A stretch of 64,000 nucleotides of DNA from the human T2T-CHM13v2.0 reference genome, Homo sapiens. The DNA is taken from NCBI RefSeq assembly GCF_009914755.1, contig NC_060926.1, one strand, 5' to 3'. The position numbers and the translations under genes are program-made. Positions 61,763 to 64,000 of this stretch are shown here, piece after piece. Numbering within the stretch: position 1 is the stretch's first letter; the number at the start of each line of letters is the position of its first letter. The notes beneath the pieces were generated by a model. That model was not told the DNA's origin. It did not search any database and saw nothing but the letters and a program-made list of their open reading frames with translations.

Positions 61763-61872
61763 GCACTCCACTGCTGGTGAGGAGAAGCAGTGACCCAGTG
61801 CCAGGCCCACCTGCTGATACCCAGCCAAGCGCTTCACACCCTGGTGGCCAGAGTCTGAAACCGGTTGTTCCA
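61763..61872 (+). CDS. PARD3B: PARD3B internal coding exon (110 bp, start phase 1, end phase 0; probably exon 4)
   Basis: Pyrimidine tract CTCTCACTTTGTCTTCCAG acceptor, CCA|GTAGGT donor; translation (G)TPLLVRRSSDPVPGPPADTQPSASHPGGQSLKPVVP matches my recollection of PARD3B 132-168, including the PAR-3 family RRSSDP 14-3-3/PAR-1 phosphosite motif. Confidence 0.93.
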
Positions 61873-62054
61873 GTAGGTATCCTGCTGCTTGTAGTTCTAA
61901 TGAAAGATCAAAGTGCTGTACCCATAGGTTAAGTGGGACTTTGCAGTTTTAAACACATTGATAACTAGATAGAGATCTTTTGATAGTATATATAGTATTA
62001 GTTATACTAATAGCTAGTATGGGCTATTACTTGTATATAGTTATAGCGATAGCT

Positions 62055-62290
62055 ATTACGTATATGGCACTGATTATGTGCCAAGTACTATTTTACCTGT
62101 TTTATATTAAGTCATCTAAACTTCCACATCAAGGTAAGCACATGTTTTTATCTCCATTTAACTGATAATGAAATTGAGGCAGAGGAAGGTTTAGTAATTT
62201 GTTTAAGGTCACATAGCTAATAAGTGGCAAAGCAAGGAATTTCACCCAGGTGTTCTGGCTCCAAAATCCTTGCTTCTGGCCAGTACACTA
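62055..62290 (-). mobile_element. MIR
   Basis: CTCCATTTAACTGATAATGAAATTGAGGCAGAGG...AAGGTCACATAGCTAATAAGTGGCA core. Confidence 0.75.
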
Positions 62291-63345
62291 TACTGTTACA
62301 TTTCCTTCATCTTCCAGTTTCGTAATGTCCAAGGATATCATTATATTTTTGTTGTGTTAACCCAATGCTTTGCAAAACCATACCATGTGAGTGGTGTACA
62401 TTTTCAAGCTCCCAATATCACGAAAATGTGGTGCCAGGATTGGATGTGTAGAACTCAGCATTCAGATTGAAGAAAAACAAAATCATTGACCAAAAGTGCT
62501 TATAACCAGATATACTTATAACTAATAGGTTAAGTGGAGAATAATTTCCTGAAGAGATGATATTCTCCTTCCATATAGGACTGTGGGATCTTCCTGCTAA
62601 ATCCTCAGTTGCTTTGAAGAGCTGTAATTGTGAATAATCCTCTCAGATAGCCTGAGAATTCAATTTTGGCTAATGACTATATACCATTGCAATAGGTAAT
62701 CTTCGATAACATAGCCATATTAAAAATTCCCTAAAAGCAAGACTCTTTCTCACTTTAAGTCTCACTGTCTATAACGCCTTAAGAAAAAATAAACACATCA
62801 TTTATAGGTATATACGGATGCTGAAATGAGTTAAACAGATTTTTCTGATTTGGTATAAAATATTCTTATCAAGAACCAATGTCAATGTGTATGAGATAGG
62901 AGTCACTATTTGAAATCATTAGCTCTTTGCTAATAGATTTGTGGCAATATTTTGGCATATTTCTTTTATTATTAAAAGAAAGCAGGTGTCTTGAAAGTAT
63001 TTTAGATGTAATGTTTTTCCACTAACCTATTTAAAACTCTATCCTTCTAAGGAAATATATTTGATGGAACATTAATAAAAATCAGGTGTATGTGTTCTAT
63101 TTTAATGTACGTACAAACAAAACTGGTATGTGGTATGACTTTTCTTAAAACACACACTGGTTGAGACCATGTTGAGTCTAATTATGTTGGATTGGGGGAA
63201 GACAGCTATTCAGTGAGAGAAGAATTACATAAAAGAGCAGAACTACAATTTAGTTTTCATTTTCATGATGTCTGTGTGTCTGTGTACCCTAAAACGAGAG
63301 TGTGTCTGATTAATGTGTTAGCATTGTTTGCATGGAGAAAGTCCC

Positions 63346-63723
63346 TGTATTTGCCCATTTTCACACTGCTCTAAAGAAATACCTGAGACTGGGTAATTTA
63401 TAAAGGAAAGAGGTTTAACTGACTCACAGTTCTGCATGGCTGGTGAGGCTTCTGGAAACTTAAAATCATGGTGGAAGGGGAAGCAAACATGTCCTTCTTC
63501 ACAAGGAGGCAGGAGAGAGAAGTGCAGAGTGAAGGGGGAAGAAACTCTTATAAAACCATCAAATCTCATAAGAACTCACTCACTATTACAAGAACAGCAT
63601 GGGGGAACTGTGCCCATGATCCAGTCACTTCCCACAGGGTACCTCCCCCAACATGTGGGGATTACAATTTGGTTTACAATTCAAGATGTGATTTGTGTCC
63701 GGACAGAAACCTTAACCATATCG
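63346..63723 (-). mobile_element. THE1 (C/D-like) solo LTR
   Basis: TGTATT...TGAGACTGGGTAATTTATAAAGGAAAGAGGTTTAA...AACCATATC; 5-bp TSD GTCCC/GTCCT. Confidence 0.92.
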
Positions 63724-64000
63724 GTCCTCCAATGTTTATTTCCATGTTTCTATCACTTAGGCTCTGGGCTTAAACCAATTAAGATGACATCAATGTTACT
63801 TTCCCTAGAGGAAATGATGGCTACTGTCCATCTGGTAAATGCTGTAGCCCCACCAAAATATGACATCAGTGAGTTCCAAGTTGGGGTATGGGGCAGAAAG
63901 ACATATTATTACTAGCAAAGATGCATCTCATAATTCAAGAATAAATGCTGGCGCCCAAAATCCTTGTGCCTTACTTATGCAAGTGATCAAATATGGGCTG

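Noticed and set aside
63436-63915. 159-aa and 101-aa ORFs
   Set aside because: Read through a THE1 LTR; no coding features.

Overview
Primate (almost certainly human) genomic DNA, not prokaryotic. The window is almost entirely one large intron of the + strand polarity gene PARD3B. One 110-bp coding exon lies at 61763-61872 (GTPLLVRRSSDPVPGPPADTQPSASHPGGQSLKPVVP, which I recognise as PARD3B residues 132-168, probably exon 4). The rest is repeat-rich: a full-length young L1 on the minus strand (5341-11374, 16-bp TSD, three nonsense codons, no frameshifts, intact ORF0), nine Alus, older L1s, THE1/MLT LTRs, Tigger/hAT fossils and a 1.6-kb AT-rich compound minisatellite. Main observations: (1) the L1 antisense promoter and ORF0 point in the PARD3B direction, and the first ORF0 splice donor is in phase with the exon, predicting an in-frame ORF0-PARD3B fusion without the N-terminal oligomerisation domain; (2) a 248-bp identical tract, including a premature stop, is shared by two otherwise ~4%-diverged L1s 52.6 kb apart, suggesting ectopic gene conversion; (3) several local template-switch scars (two templated insertions, two fold-back inversions around TA-rich cores, one of which apparently seeded the minisatellite); (4) a well-preserved ancient RTE-clade reverse-transcriptase fossil. 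All alignments were done by eye and repeat subfamily names come from recalled consensus sequences, so they need confirming.
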